This document shows, one piece after another, positions 46,801-60,700 of a DNA stretch of 64,000 nucleotides (position 1 is the first letter of the stretch; each line of letters starts with the position of its first letter). The stretch lies in the NCBI GenBank assembly GCA_030704615.1, contig CM060733.1, forward strand, positions 43,710,001-43,774,000, in the 5' to 3' direction. Source of the stretch: Takakia lepidozioides. Taxonomy: Eukaryota; Plantae; Bryophyta. The notes below the pieces were generated by a model. It did no database searches. It was not told where the DNA came from and saw only the letters and a program-made list of their open reading frames with translations. Position numbers and translations under genes: made by a program.

Positions 46801-49800
46801 CTTACAACATCAAGGAAGCTCAAAGAGCTTTTGGGACAAAGAAAGCATATTAATAAAAAGAAAGGTGGTTCCCCTAACAAGCTCTCGACAAACAACCATT
46901 CATCAAGAGATTCAAACCTGGACCAGTGCAATTGTCGTGCAGGAATTGCATTTGTTTAAGATAACTAGAAAAACCCACGTGCCTCAGCACGATAGTATAA
47001 TCTGGCATGTTAATGAGAAAATACTGCTCAATAGCTAGGGTAGAAATGTAGCCATAGAAACAATTTATGAAACGAACAAGTAGAGACATTAGAAGCATTT
47101 AGTTTTCAAACCTCAATTGATGTCACAGACCTTGAGGGTAGGGAGAAGAAACAAGAGAGAGAGAGAAAGAAAAAGAAAGGGAAGAGAGAAGAGAGAGTAC
47201 TTATGTCATTCCAACAACATGTAGTGTTCATGTGGACTTTATGATATCATAAAGCCCGGTTTAGGCACCTTCAAATTGCCCCAATCCAACTCTTTCTACA
47301 TACCCCCTTCTGTCATATCCGCACCAGAAAAGCAGATGTGGGGTATTCCAAGTACAATTGGCTAGTCCAACTAGCTAATCATGAGGCCATGATCTGAAAG
47401 GCTCAAATCCTCAAAAAAACCTGCTTTTTCTATGACATCATAGTTATCCACGGCTAGGGTTGCCTCTCCAACCATGAAATCTTTCAGATCTCCTCTAGGT
47501 TTACAATCATATTGAGGTCATCTGGCCAATTTTTGATCACCATAACCAGCCTGTCAAGATTCTCAACCTGCAAACAACAACGACGGAGTGCTGTGAGGAC
47601 ATCTGCAAGACTAAAAACTCGTTCGGTCCCAATTTGGACCCCGGGATGCCAAAGATTTGTTTTGCAAGATATGCAACGTTGGGAAATTGTTGCTCGTGAT
47701 CACGCCACCATAACAAGGGATCGGTTGTTGCAGCTATAGGAACAATGAGTCGCCGAAATAATGAAAGTTCAGCCTTCACTACTGCAACACTTGCTTCTTC
47801 GTTTGATGTTCCCACACCAAACATATTGTTGTCCTCATATGTTTTAGGAGATGAAACAACTTCAGACTCGCATGTAGCCGGGTTCAGCCGCTTAAAATAA
47901 ACCATCAGCAAAGGCAATAGATATTTCTGGTCATAGTCCTGAACAAGTTGTACAACAGCGTCACAGCCCACATATATTTTGACACAAGTTTCAGCCCTTG
48001 AAACGAGGATCCAACATAAGTGCAAAAACATATTATGCGCCTTGCGTGCATCAAAATGCCGTAGAAATGCAAGGAAAGGTTTGAGAACATGTAACACCTC
48101 TTGTCGTATCCTGCTTTTCAGTAGGAGAAACTCCAATTCGAACACATCTGGCGGTTGTGTCTCTCATCAAACTCCAACATCTCCCTTTGCATGATAACTG
48201 AGATGGATATGGACGCGTTGAGTGCATCAGAAAGTAACCAATGACCTCGAGATTGGTTTGCACTCAAGCTGTCACAACAGATTTCACAACCTCTGCAATA
48301 GCCCAGATTTGGGGCTTAGGAACTCTTTGCTGGAGCGTCAGACTTTGACGACCATAACAAGTGACAATGGCCTCTTTGAACTCCATGGTTTCTTCAAACA
48401 TTATCACCTTTGATGCAAATCTGATTTTGACAGAGTTTTCAGTTTCTGAGGCCGTAACCCTGAATCCACACAGGCCTTGTTCCACTCAATTCTGCCCTTT
48501 CCACTTTTCTTGGTCCATGTGATGTTTTTTGTAGTGACTCTCGAGCATCGGAAAATGAAACCTCCTTGAAATCTACACAAACTTTGGCCTCATTTGTTGC
48601 GTATTGGCATGCTTTAGACATCACATGTGCAAAGCATATGCCCTCAAAAACTGTAAGGGATTCCAAAACATCGCATGATACGACAGATCTGAGAGGCAGC
48701 CATTGTGCTCAAATTACCTCCTTCATCCTTGACAAAGGCAATAATGCATCTAGTCAAATCAAAAACTGTCGAGTAAGGTTTTCAACTGAACTGCCATCGC
48801 TACCACTGATGTGTTAGACACTTCAAATAGACCACAGTAACATGAACATGAACCCACTCAGAACTAATGAAATTGATTACCAAGGCAAAAGTGTCGACTC
48901 CACCCCTGCTCATCCATAAATCGAAGCTGGCAGATGTAGAGACACAACTTCCAAGGGAAGGCAACACATGACGATCCATCGTCTTAGCAACCATTGACGG
49001 CAAAACCTCGTCCACAAATTGTCTCCGTGAAGGAAATATGACACGAGGACACCGCCTCAAAACCAATCTTCTAAGCCACAAATTTTCAACAGATGAGAGG
49101 GCCCTAACTTTTAGCAATGTAAAGTGTAAGGTCTTCCAAAAATTGCACTTGCTGCTCATCTGTTTGCTTGTAAGGATTTGTGGACCCCAAGTATGATGTA
49201 ATGCCAAACTTTGTTCATTTCTTACTTGCTTGACGGCTGTGCTCGAGCTTCGCAGATCCTTCGCAGCCAAATGCGCTTTCATCATAGCAAGCAATTCCGG
49301 ATGAGCAACGTCAACATGCTTGCGCATGACAGTGATACCATATAGCTTGTTGTATTTCACAAGACCTTTCCGGAGCACATTACGCTTACCAACAAGCTGA
49401 TTGGAAGTCATAGGCTGGGATCGACAGACAATACAACGCAATATCTGAGGATTGACATGGTCCACCTCAGCTGCATCATTCAACGCAAAAAATGACCAAC
49501 AGACAGAGCCTCTATTGTGTGGTTTCTAGAATTTGCCCTGTGCTTGCAAAACAAGGAGCTGCTGTTGTGCAAGTTTGATTTGCGGATCTTCAAACCTCAT
49601 CCACTATAGCAAGATCATGCCCAATTTGCTCACCTCAGTGTCATCATGTGGCAAAATGTTGGAAAATGCAGGGATTTCATATGCTTGCAAGGCACAACTA
49701 GCTTGCTCATCCATGATTTCTCGAGGGAGCCCAGAGGCTGTAGACTCCAAGCTCGTAACAATGTTGGTCTGCCATCGCATTTGGGCGCTCAGAGAATTAA

Positions 49801-50112
49801 CACGATAGAGATCTTCAGAAGGCGGCTGCATAATCACTACTCATGAATGCAGCTCGGTTGTAATCACATCTCAAGGTCTTCTTCAAAAGTTGATACCGGG
49901 CTGATTTTCAAAGGTTTTAGTCAGGTTCCATGATGTAGTCAGCCAGGTTTCCCCCCCCCCTTTCCAGCTTGGGCGAGTAAGTGGCGAGATGGCCCTCGCC
50001 GGTTCCAACTCAAGCCGGGTCACCAAAACTTGGGTGGCTGGTCTCTATAGTATGATACCATGACTATTACCCGGCGGGTATATATGTCAACATATATACC
50101 CGCCCAACACTG
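43867..50112 (-). mobile_element. hAT transposon copy 2, full length (6.25 kb)
   Basis: TIRs CAATGTTGGGCGGGTAT / ATACCCGCCCAACACTG. 8-bp TSD GTTAACAC (43859-43866) / GTTAACAT (50113-50120). Transposase ~47380-49845. Confidence 0.93.
45500..45960 (-). pseudogene. PLS-class PPR gene fragment inside hAT copy 2
   Basis: GQALHGGIIRASFESDVQVGTALVCMYCKCG; AWTGMMAGYAHQGHSEEALDLFQQMQ..GMKPNNITFISALHAC. Confidence 0.85.
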
Positions 50113-52069
50113 GTTAACATTGTCAAAAATATCAAAGGGCTTTACAGGAGGAAGAAGGTTGGGTACGACATTGAGATAAGCGGAGGATGTCATGGTCGGC
50201 ACCAAGGATGTGTGCAAACGTGCTCTTGAAGCGGCCTCCGCTGCCGCTGCCTCTTCTAGGTGCGTTCCTTGTTGTATGCGGGCCAAGATTTGTCGACAAG
50301 TTCTTTCGGAGTCTGCACCCAACCTTGAATGCGCTGAAGACCAGCGTAAAATACTCTGACAGCGGCAGTTATGCACTGCGAAATGTTGCGAGATTGTGGT
50401 GGGCAACCCATCAACGGATTCGAGGTTATGAAAACAACGAATCGGGTTTGCTGCGTTCCTCGGACAAATACATTAGGGTGAACGTCGAGATAGCGACATG
50501 GAGACTGGCACGAGGAAACAGTCGATCAAAATGGGAGCCGGAACGCCCGCAGCAAACCATGTCCTCTCCTCACGTCCACCATCACCTGGCAACTGGTTGA
50601 ACAACATGCTGAAATCCTCGGAGGGAAAATCCCGAAAAAATAGTGACTTGGTTAAAACAGTGCTACTCAGATGCACATTGGTGGCTCTCACAGACCAATC
50701 CAAATCTCCAGACTACAGATGTAGGCAGTGCACACAGAGGTCCTGTGGACGAAGGATTGGTTCTATCCTCCTTGGGTGAACGGAAGCTAATCGCCATGAC
50801 TCAAGGCGGAGACAGTTTGGTGATGGTGGAAATATATCAGAACACGGTTCTGATTTTGGTGTGGATGGTGGAGTTCCTTCGAAGCTTGAGGTTGGAAGTG
50901 AGTGTGACTGGCAAGGAGCCTGATTAGAAGGGAGCCTTCTATGCACAAGCCAGCTGTAAGTTCGGACATGTTCCTCGTTGTGTTACTTAAGATAGAGTCG
51001 AGAGTGACTCGCACGAATGCTGTCGAAAGATACACTTGAACTCCTGTCTAAAGGAACCTGTCAGAGTTTTGATGCTCTTGGAGTTTCTGGCATGAAGGTA
51101 AAAATGGAGCATGGAACAGCACTGGCAAGTGTTCTTTAAAGATCGCCACAATGGCAAGGTGTGGCTTCTTCATGTGAAGGAGTTTGTCTGTTCTGAGAAG
51201 GTGGTTCTTCCTTTCAGTGTCATAGGTCGTCTTCCCAGGCAGGCCTGAACATGCATTGCACAAGGGATTTCCTTGATGTTTATGGGGAGGATTGGCTTGG
51301 TCTTAGGAGGCTGTGTTATCAACTATGACTGCTCAGCTGCACCCTGGTGGTTCTCACAGACAAATCCAAAATCACCGGAATACAGACATAAGTAGTGCAC
51401 ACATCACAGGCTGGTTGAATCCTCCTTGGGTGACAGCAAAGCTACCTCCTTCAAGCACAATGTGGTGAGGGAACCTTCTGCAACACAGGCTCGTAATATC
51501 TCTTTCAAATTTGTCCTTACTGTTTCATGGATTCTGTAAGTTAGCACATGTTGGATGGATCTATGGTGGTATGTGTTTTGAACGTGTCGCTGCCACGGGG
51601 GTTGCAGGCAAATATCTGAACACTCAAAATAGAGACATGGAGAAGCTTTGAAGAAACACTTTCCAAAACCCAGTCAATGGTGGGACAATAGAGGCAGAAA
51701 GGTGAATGCCCTTTATGGTACAGCAGAGCAGAGAACAAGATGCATTGAAAAACTTGCTTGCAAATTGTCACCTCCCTCCCTCCCCAACACATTCTCAAAG
51801 TCTTTTCGGCAATTCAGCATAGGGGCTGGTAAGTAGGGTTGGAGTGTTTGCTAGACTTATTGTTGTCTTTGTCAGATACTATCTGCAAGGGGAGGACTAT
51901 GCATCGTTGTGAAGGCAGGGATATCTGAAGGATGAATTGAGTGTGGGTGCAGATCCATCCAAGAGAACTGAATTCCAAGCACAAGTTTACCACTGAGCGA
52001 CTATGGATTCATCGCTACAAAAAACCTGCATGGGTAGAAGGTCCACTGGAAGGAGCTGCAGCACAGTCC

Positions 52070-54561
52070 ATGGAATCAGGCACCACCACTATGACCACTG
52101 CTTCTGGAAGAGGACTAAGAGGAATCCACATGATAGCTTCTGGCACTTCTGGGAATGTGAGGACATTGTGTGAGGCAGGACAACTGAAAGAGGCTATGCA
52201 CATTTTGAACAAAGGCTTTTCTGTAGCCTCTGATACTTACGTCTGTCTATTGCATAAGTGCATCAAGATGAAAAACCTAGCAGTGGGAAAGCAGGTTCAT
52301 GCCCACATTATCCAAAGTGGATTGAAGCCAAACTTGTTTCTACACAATGCCCTTGTTGACATGTATGTCAAGTGTGGGAGCCTTGGGGATGCATACCGAG
52401 TGTTTGAAAAAATGCCTGAACGAAATACCTTTTCATGGACTGTAATGATGGCAGGATATACCAAGCATGGGTTTGGTAGGAATGCCTTGGACACCTATGA
52501 GCAAATGATACAGGACGGGGTGAAACCTGACCAGGTCACGTTTGTTTGTGTTTGCAATGCGTGTGCGAGCCTGGCAGCCCTGGAAAAGGGCAAAGAAGTC
52601 CATGCTGAGATTGAGAAAGCTGGAATTGTACCAAATATGATTCTGAGCAGTACCCTGGTGGACATGTATGCCAAATGCGGTAGCATCAAGGATGCGAAGG
52701 GAGTGTTCGACAATATGGCTGGACGAAATGTAGTCTCATGGAGTGCAATGATTGCAGGATATGCCGAGCATGGGTGCGGGGTGGAGGCTTTGGAGACATA
52801 CGAGCAAATGATGTGGGAAGGGGTGACACCCAACCAGGTCACGTTCGTTTGCGTTCTCAAGGCATGTGCCAGCCTGGCAGCCCTAGACAAGGGCAAAGAG
52901 GTCCATGCTGACATCATGAGAACTGGAATTGTGCCGAATGTTATCTTGTACACCACCCTCGTGGACATGTATGCTAAATGTGGGAGCATTGAGGATGCAA
53001 AGGGAGTGTTTGACAATATGGCTGAACAAAATGTGGTGTCGTGGAGTGCGATGATCACAGGATATGCCCAGCATGGGTGCGGGATGGAGGCTTTGGAGAC
53101 CTATGAGCAAATGCTGCAAGCAGGGGTGACACCCAACGAGGTCACATTCATTTCTGTTCTCAAGGCTTGTGCCAGCCTGGCTGCCCTGGAAAAGGGCAAA
53201 GGGGTCCATGCTGACATCAAGAAAGCTAGAATCGCACCCAATGTCATTCTGAATACTACCCTTGTGGACATGTATGCCAAATGCGGGAGCATTTATGATG
53301 CAGAGGTAGTGTTTGAAAACATGGCTGAACGAAATGTGGTGTCCTGGAATGCGATGATCGCAGGATATGCCCAGCATGGGTGCGGGATGGAGGCTTTGGA
53401 GACCTATAAGCAAATGATGGGGAAAGGGGTGAAGCCGGACCAGGTCACATTTGTTTGCATTTGCAATGCGTGTGCAAGCCTGGCAGCCCTGGAGAAGGGA
53501 AAGAAGGTCCATGCTGACATCATGAAAGCTGAAATTGTGCCAGATATCACACTGAGGAATACCCTCATGGACATGTATGCCAAATGTGGGAGCATCGAGG
53601 ATGCAAGGGGAGTGTTTGACAATATGACTGAACGAAATGTGGTGTCATGGAGTGCAATGATTGCAGGATACGCCCAGCATGGATGTTGCAGGGATGCCTG
53701 CAACTATTTGAAGGAATGCAGAAGGAAGGTGTGAGGCCGAACAGTATCACTTATATCGGCGTTCTTCAGGCATGTAGCCATGGGGGCCTCGTGGATGAAG
53801 GCAGATACTACTTTGATTCCCTGAGTCAAGATCATGGCCTCACTCCTACAGTGGAGCACTTTGGCTGCATGGTGGACCTTCTTGGCCGTGCGGGGCAATT
53901 GGACGAGGCCAAGGACTTCATTAGGAAAGTGCCAGTCCAACCTGATGCTGTGGTGTGGAAAGCCTTGCTTGGTGCCTCCCGAATTCATAACAATGTTGAG
54001 GTGGCCGAACGTGCGGCAAAATCTATTCTCAAATGGGATCAACAGGATTCTACAACTTATGTGTTGCTGTTAAATATCTATGCTGCAGCTGGCAGGTGGG
54101 ACGATACCGCAAAGGTTAGAAAAATGATGACAGTCAGAGGTGTCAAAAAGCACCCAGGTTACTGCTGCATTGAGGTTGGCAGCACGGTGCACACATTTGT
54201 TGTAGATGATGAATTGCATCCACAAATTGAGGAAATCCATGCTGAGCTGAGAAGATTGTCTGAGGAGATGAAGGAGGCAGGGTACATGCCTGACACGCGC
54301 TTTGTATTGCACAATATGGAGGAGGAGCAAAAGGAATTGTCTCTTTGTCACCACAGTGAGAAGCTGGCCATTGCTTTTGGGCTGATCAGCACAGCCCCAG
54401 GGACACCTCTTTGTGTCATCAAGAACCTTCGGGTGTGTGGCGACTGCCACATGGCCACCAAGTTTATCTCAAAGATTGTTGGGCGCACGATCGTTGTACG
54501 GGATGCCAACCGTTTTCACCACTTCAAAGATGGGGTTTGTTCTTGTGGGGAGTACTGGTAG
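52070..54561 (+). CDS. PLS-E-DYW pentatricopeptide repeat protein (organellar C-to-U editing factor)
   Basis: Intronless, with 303-bp PLS triplets, PG box KKHPG, HSEKLA, CGDCH, ending CSCGEYW. One 1-bp deletion at ~53697-53700 joins ORFs 51941-53734 and 53647-54561. Confidence 0.95.
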
Positions 54562-55019
54562 AATGATGTATTACAATTGAGGTGTGAATAGCTTCATTCA
54601 TTAAACTGCTTGGTTCCACCATTCCCTGGAAATGTTGGCAGGTGGCGTGGGACTTATGTTACATATCAGCCGTTGAGGAGTGAATGAGTAGATTCCCAGA
54701 GGTACCCACCAGGAGGTGGAAACTGAATTAGCTAATGTCCCCACAACCTGGAGTTAACATGGAGGTGAGTCAGAGCTTAGGGGAAGCTCCATCCACACTA
54801 TTCTGTTTGGACTCATCTTCGTGTTCTGCTTTAGTGGGCCTTGGAATCCAGTTCCCCAACTACTGTGAGTTACATCGTGTGACACATGGCTCTGAAGGCA
54901 TTGCACAGAGTTCCTTTTGTTACATGCTACCCACAAACCCTTTTTCACAGCACGCAGGAGATTTTCATGAAATGTGGATTTCCTGCAGAAATGATGAGAA
55001 ATTTGTAAAATAAGTGAAA

Positions 55020-57360
55020 ATACAGAGACAGAAACCGGGGTTGAGGGGGTATAGGGGAAAACCTACACAGCCCTCCAGTTTCGGTTACTCATATTAGGCC
55101 CTCTAAGTCCATGAAGACGATGGGACTCTTCCGCTAGGGGGAATGTACAATGTATTGTGATGGTCGATTAATTTTCCGATTCTTTCTACTACGCTGACAC
55201 TGATGACGGCGAGGGACTCCTTGACCTGGCCGCTGGGGTATAAGGGGGACTAGATATAGGGGAAACCACTCGTGCACACTCGATGTCCGAAGAACTTTCA
55301 GTGTTCTCTCCTTCTCACTCTATCTTTCCCAAACTTCTAGTTTCTGAGTTTGACTCTGGACTCAAGGCTGGGTTTTTCCCTAGCAAATGATTACGGACGG
55401 TTTCTCTAGCCATTCTTCTTTGTAACCTGGTGTCAAACGATATGCTATCCAGGCTTGGGAGTGTGTTTCTCGATCCTGAGCTAGACATACACTCACTGTT
55501 GTACCGGCGAAGATTCTCTTGCCTTAGTCTGTACTGAAGGACCTATATTTCCTTGAACTACCATGTCAGGAATAAATGAGGTCAAATCTGCATACCTTCC
55601 ATGGAACCGTGGCGATGGAGGCACATCAGTGTGCAATCTTCCAGGTATCTTCCAATCTTCAGGTGGTCGAGGTATGCTGCAATACCTACACTCATCCAGT
55701 CTACGCACATAATGGGACGCCAAGAGCTGGCATACTTGACAATGAGTGAAGAAATCTACCTGCCACCTTAAGTGTGCTGTGAAGGAAAACCTGGGGTGCA
55801 AGGCCCCTAGGTATATCCCCGGGCACGAACAATATGGCCAGTTAAGCCTGTCGTTACACCAGTAGAAATGCTCCGGTGTGTCTGTTGATGAGGTTCACAC
55901 CAAACCCGTTCGTCTATCCACCCTTTCTTGATGGCTTTCCGTTGAGCTAAGCGATCGATGTACGCTTCTATTATAAGTTGAATTTCTGGTTCATGTTGCC
56001 AGAATCTGTTTCGAATCCTCTTGATCCTAGCCTCAAAAGTCATACCTACTTTAGAAATTCATGCGGCAAATTCTTATCACTCCAAAGCATGATGTGGATG
56101 ACGTTTTAGATTTCAAGCATTGCATTGATTGTGCCAACTGACGAACATGGTTAAATGAAATGGAAAGCATAATGCAACTGCGGGGTCTTCCCCGATTGCT
56201 GGAGGCAGCTTTTACCTATTCTGTTGCTGGCAAGTCCTCGTCTATTCCCATAGGTGACCCTGGTGCTGAGGTCCAAGGAGAGCTGCTAGCGGAAGAAATA
56301 GCATGCACTATCTTTAAGGGGATGATAGGGAAGAAACTGGTGGGGATTTCCCGTGCAAAGTAAAATGGCGGTGGCCACTCTGGGTCCGCAATGACGCCTT
56401 GAGGAGCTGCTGAAGGAAGACCTTCAATCCAAGTAATATCATGTATGGTCGGCGCCACGTCCAATCGGCCGTCAGTGATCAATTCAATGATCAATGTTGT
56501 TGCACTTGCACTGCGGCTGTTGTAAAATCTGGGTGGACAGATATAGGTGATGGTAGTGTTCGGGTGAGGCAGGCGTTCCTCTACCTCCAGATAGTCTTCT
56601 AATCCACACCCAAACAACCAACACATCCAATCAAAAGGAAGGTCAATAAAACTCTTCTTGGTTAGATAGGAGATAGCTTCTCCAGACCTTCGGATAGTGG
56701 GACGGGGACGATGAAAATCGATTCCCTCGTCAGCAATGGTTCGACATAGAGGGCAACACCCTAAATACGCCACTTGCCAGGCGAGATGTGCTTCGAGCGA
56801 GGATTGCACGTCGAGGTTCCCTAAGAAGGAGGGTTGGCAACATCCAGGCCAACGCGTATTGAACCTGAAAAATGAAGAGATGGGAGAGGTAAGAGCCCTG
56901 TCTCCCAACGGCCCTACTTTGGCCAAAATCCAATACCCACGGTACTCTTCGGCGATGTCCAAGATACGTCTGCGCATTAATCTGCAGACCACAATGGCAT
57001 CTTCTGTCCGCACTTCGCCGGATCGGGTGCCTGAAACAACACGATATAGGCCCACAACGCGAGCCTCAAATGACAAGTGGAAACGATGGGCTGCAATCTG
57101 GTTGATGATCATGCTGCACCTCCAGGATTGCCATAACGTTAGTCCTCACAATGACTTGTCTCAAAATTCTCATGCAAGAGAATCTAATCAATATGATCAT
57201 GGGGTTCCTCGACCTCCACGTGATGAAGTAACTTCATGAATAAGCAATAAAGCAAAAAGCAAGAAAGAACTAGCACAAGGACAAATATCATTACTTCATC
57301 CATAAGTACTTTGAGAGGCCCTGACTTTTACCTACCTCCTGGCAGACGCACCAAAATATG
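55020..57360 (-). mobile_element. LTR retrotransposon 5' internal region: PBS(tRNA-Gly), two extra ORFs, possible gag N-terminus
   Basis: TGGTGCGTCTGCCAGGAG (minus, 57336-57353), 5 bp from a ...CGTCA LTR-like end at 57359. ORFs 57112-56216 and 56043-55493. Short MSSSGSRN...TRLQRR frame from ~55487. Confidence 0.6.
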
Positions 57361-57759
57361 ACGAGCCCCGGTTGCGCGCGGCCAGGGTGACGACATACTA
57401 GCCTAAGGGGTCGTGACAAGTTGCGGTGTAGGTTGGGCTCAACGAACCGCCTACCCGGCTGCGGTAAGTGCAAGGGTCCTTGGCAGCTATGGACGGATCT
57501 AGATAGTCTAACTTCCTACCGGCAAAGCAAATCTTAACAACTCTACTTCACAAGGCGATTTGCGTTTCCTAGTCCTACGTTTTGTTTATGGGTTTTCTAT
57601 GTCTTTAATCGTAATTGCCTTCCAAGTCTTTGTTTATTACTACTTCCTACATGTCTGGACTCACCGCATTCACTGCTAAAGGAGGGTCGGAGCTCACCGT
57701 CCGCCAAGCACACAAGGCCTCCCGAATACTGGCTCGTTCATCCTGGTATATGACAGAAA

Positions 57760-60700
57760 ACCCAAAAACTCAGCATCGGACTCACTAGCAGCAGACTCAC
57801 GAGCAGACTCACCAGCATCGTGGCACAGAACAAAGGAACCAGCCGACTCCAGGGACTGACGAGCAAGTCCACAAGCAGGGGACTGACCAGCAAGTCCACA
57901 AGCAGACTGATGCAGCAGACCAAGCAGGTAGACTGAACCAGCAGACTCTATGACAACAGACACCAACTGTGGGGACAGACTGGGCATTACCTCGTCGTCG
58001 TCATCGACACATACGTCCTCCTCATCTTCAAGGGAGCTCAACCAATTTTCCTCCGCCGCTCGGATGGTTCTGCTGAGCTGTTCGGACTGGGCGAAACTGT
58101 AGAAAAAACGGAAGAAGTCTGGATCGTCCACTGGTGGGCACACCGATGGGAGAAGCCCAAATGGTATGAGGCGCAATGTGCCAGGACAGACTCCATTGGT
58201 AGTCTCTTTCGACTGGACTTCGTCCACGTGAACCCTCGACTAGTCAGGCAAGACAATGTCGACGGGAGATGAGACACCTCCCAGACCTGCAAATTCATCA
58301 TTCTGAATGATGTCTGCAGACGGCTCAGCAGACTGGCTCTCACTCGAAGTACTGATGGTCTATGTCTGCTGCGTAGACCGTCTCCCTGGCACAGCCCATG
58401 ACACTTCCCGACTGCCTTGGGGACGAGTCTGTTGTTGAGATTTCGCCCTCGCCTCCCGAGCAGACCTTGCAGCCTTTTCTCTTTCCTTCTTCTAGGCCCC
58501 ATCACTAAGTTTCCTTTTGCTGGGAGCCACAGGCGATGGCGATGTCAGGTCATGCACATCTTGCATTGAAACATCCGAACCCACCCCATACCGTGCGCGC
58601 ACCTCCGCCAAAGTGCGGGCCTTTGGGTTTGCGCCACGGAGTCTGGCGGGTGGCCGCATTCACCACCCTCATTGAACTTTGAAGTGGCCACAACTTGAAG
58701 CCAGGTGGGATATAGCGCTTGTTTTTGCAACCGTGTCAACACAATGGCGGTTTAGCTGCACTTTGTCCTTGATAATTTCACTACAGAAGGGACAGTGGAG
58801 CTTATCCTTCTACCAATTGGAGTCTGCAGGCTTGATTGCGCAGAGGTCTAAGAATGCTTCGACTATTTTTGCATCATACTCCTCAGGTGAGTACCAGTAC
58901 CTTCGCTCCTTTAGCCTGGACTTGTGCATGAAATGCAACCAGTCTGCTCCACCCTTTGCACAAGCATCCTCCATGGCTGCAGAATCAGACAAGAGATGCA
59001 GCGGCAATGAGCGACAGACAGACTAAGAATAAGAAAGCAGAGAAGAGAGGAAAAGAGAATGGAAAGAAACCACAAAAGCACAAAGCACAAAGAGAAAAGC
59101 TCACCGGGCAACAGACGACGGTTGTTGCGACGATTCGGTGCTCACGCGACTGTCCGCGCCTCGAAAACCTAACACGCACAAAAGACCAATGGGAGGTGGA
59201 CGGGCCCTAAACGAAATAGTGCGAAAGAAGTCCAGCAGGAAGTGGACCCTGCATGTGCAGAGTGACGTGGCGAGATTTCACTGGCGCCCCTTTTTGGCCG
59301 CCATCGCATTAAATAGTTGCAGACCCCTCACACGTGCTGGCGGTATGCCACTGCACGGACAGTCCAGCAAATGGGATGAGTGGGACTATCGTCAGTCTGT
59401 CGTCGTCGCATTCATCAAGTCCAGCAGACTTACTCCTGATGACAAAGACGGCCGAGCAGACCCAGTACCCTCCACAACAAACTCATATGCCACCGCAAGG
59501 ACAGACTGACGACTGAGGTTAAGCGGACTGACGAAGAGACTAAGGCGAGTGTGGAGTCTGGTGCGGAGTCTGATGATGTGCCGGGACGTGACTGGGCCTC
59601 TTTACCGCCGTCGCTGCATTTATTGCGTCCAGCAGACTTAAACCTAATGACATAACGGCCGAACAGACCCACTGCAAACAAACTTGCGCAACAACAGACT
59701 TGTATGTCACTGCACGGACATTCCAGCAGACGGAAGGTTCAACAGACTGACGAAGAGACTAGCACAGAGTAATTTGTGCGACAACAGACTGATTTCTAAC
59801 AGAGTAATATCCCAAAAGACAAAGTATCCCCTAGGCGGCCGGGTGATACGGGAGTAAACCGTAAACCGCGTCCAACAGACTTACACGTGATAATAATCAC
59901 GGCTCAACAGACCCAGCGCAAACAGACTTGCGCCACAATAGACTGACTTTGTGACAGTCCAGCTGACTGATATCGGAAGAGATGGACAGACCAGCAGTCC
60001 GACGGCTCAGCAGACTCACGGCAATGTGGATAATTAAAAGGTAGTAGTTAAACAGACTCATATCCGAAGAGACGGACTTCCAGCTGACCAACGGTTCAAC
60101 AGACTCACGAGAGAAGAGACTTCGGGGATAAGACGAGAGAAGACACTTCGGAATTCGGCAGGCAGTGACGGCCCAGTAATCCAGTGAAGAACAGACTCAC
60201 GCCACACCAGACTTGTATCCTTACAGACCAACAGTCCAGCAGACCAGACTGATATCCCATCAGAACCACGCTTGGCATCGCCGTCATGCCGTGGTTGCAT
60301 TTCATCCGTCCAGCAGACTTGCATATGCCCATACTCATGGCACAACACACTGCTTAGAGAAAGTACTGACAAAGACGCAGTCGAAGAGCCTGTTGATCCA
60401 CGCACATTTGCAGTCGTAAGGACCTCGAACTTCCACAAGCAACGTGAATCCACATCTCTCAGGCTACGTCTCCTTTCCCAGTTTTCAAGGAGACGGTAGT
60501 GGTTGAGATGTGATGTTTCAGGAGGTGCATCTAGATGTTTGAGGACCTTCGGACTGGATCCTGTTCCGTTCACACTCTCCGCAGTTCCCAGACATGTGGT
60601 GGCAGAGACGTCCTCCCCTGAATAGTTTCATCGGTGGACATAAATTCTGCAATGTATACACGTCCCCACGTGCATATGCTTCCGCGATTTCCGCTATCGT

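Noticed and set aside
33452-50112. Single 16.7-kb composite hAT
   Set aside because: No shared TSD at the outer ends; copy 2 has its own TIR pair and TSD.
50020-51440. ORF crossing the hAT end, and a ~100-bp diverged duplication (50680/51346)
   Set aside because: The ORF is chimeric with the TIR; the duplication has no interpretable structure.
52297-54450. Long antisense ORFs over the PPR gene
   Set aside because: Shadow frames of a repetitive coding sequence.
55133-55150. Plus-strand PPT followed by TG as an LTR start
   Set aside because: No matching LTR end or partner; better explained as internal sequence of the minus-strand element.
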